Source: Fimbriosthenelais zetlandica
Taxonomy: Eukaryota
DNA length: 64,000 nucleotides
Assembly (NCBI GenBank): GCA_977030845.1
Contig: OZ365110.1
Span: 32,240,001 to 32,304,000 of the forward strand
Reading direction: 5' to 3'
Within the stretch, counting starts at the first letter, position 1, and every line of letters starts with the position of its first letter. Positions 63,301-64,000 of the stretch are shown one piece after another. The translations under genes and the position numbers were made by a program. The notes beneath the pieces are model-generated. The model worked only from the letters and a program-made list of their open reading frames with translations. It had not been told where the DNA came from and made no database searches.

Positions 63301-64000
63301 CAGCATCCAATGCATGGTGGACTTGGGGATTCGCTGGTAGAGCTGCCAGTCTTGCAAGGGCCTGTTTCATAAAAAAAAAAAGTAGCGTTAGCGATAGTGG
63401 TCAATCAATGGACAATGCATCTTGTTGTCTTAAACATGCCCTTGATACCAGCAGAGTTTAGAGTTAAAAAACTCATTTAAATCGTTCAGAAAGTGCTTAT
63501 GATGAAATAAAAATACAAGATTTAAAGTTCCATTTACGATTCCACGCACTAATGTAAATTGGGTTTTCATTTAAATGAACCTAAAAAAACAAAGAGAATT
63601 TGGGGTTTGGAAGAGCTGCCTTCATGGAAATCGGGTGCATTTTTTTAAATTGCGCAATCTCGCATATCATTCCCATGAAAACATCAATAGACTGCATTGC
63701 ATAACTTTAACTTTAACTACAAAACGTTAGATTCCATACATTATCAATATGCCTAAACCCATTTTTCTCAACTCGGATATATCAAGAAAATGTCATTGGA
63801 TAACAAAAAAGGCGTCAAAGATCTAATAAGTGAATTCAAAGTATTAGTATTAGTTGGTTAGTATTTTACTAAACATTTTATCTATTCCTGTTTCATAAGC
63901 CCGACCATCATGCTATACTTGCTAGGTCCTGTTTCACAATAATCAGCTCATGAGCCGTCACATCAGCCCATGCGCCGCTTATGCAACCCATTTTATTATG

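Noticed and set aside
62538-63461. ORFs near the right end of the window
   Set aside because: Low-complexity CT-rich or motif-free translations with no coherent exon chain.

Overview
AT-rich invertebrate metazoan genomic DNA; the phylum cannot be fixed from the sequence alone. Four spliced genes were reconstructed by hand with phase-consistent GT-AG introns: (1) the 5' part of a Neuralized-like NHR-domain gene (-, 467-2013); (2) a ~1685-aa two-exon CUB/C-type-lectin/LDLa/LRR/7TM GRL101-like receptor (-, 4321-10352); (3) a PLAC8/cornifelin-family gene (+, 13458-15802); (4) a secreted protein with two copies of an unnamed Cys-rich domain, an Ig domain and two EGF repeats (-, ~26060-34252), with a tRNA-Gln cluster in its first coding intron. 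A ~3-kb tandem duplication (18.2-23.9 kb) carries a TA-flanked foldback element and degenerate tRNAs. The standout is 35.5-46.4 kb: six intronless copies of a ~105-aa non-histone gene, each with a conserved TATA promoter and ending 35-50 nt after the stop in a histone-mRNA-type 16-nt stem-loop (GGCCCT-TATC/TTTC-AGGGCC) followed exactly 12 nt later by a CAAGAAATGA-type element. This suggests a non-histone family using the SLBP/U7 poly(A)-independent 3'-end pathway; that is an inference and is untested. 47-64 kb holds MITEs, a SINE, minisatellites and possible decayed coding relics.
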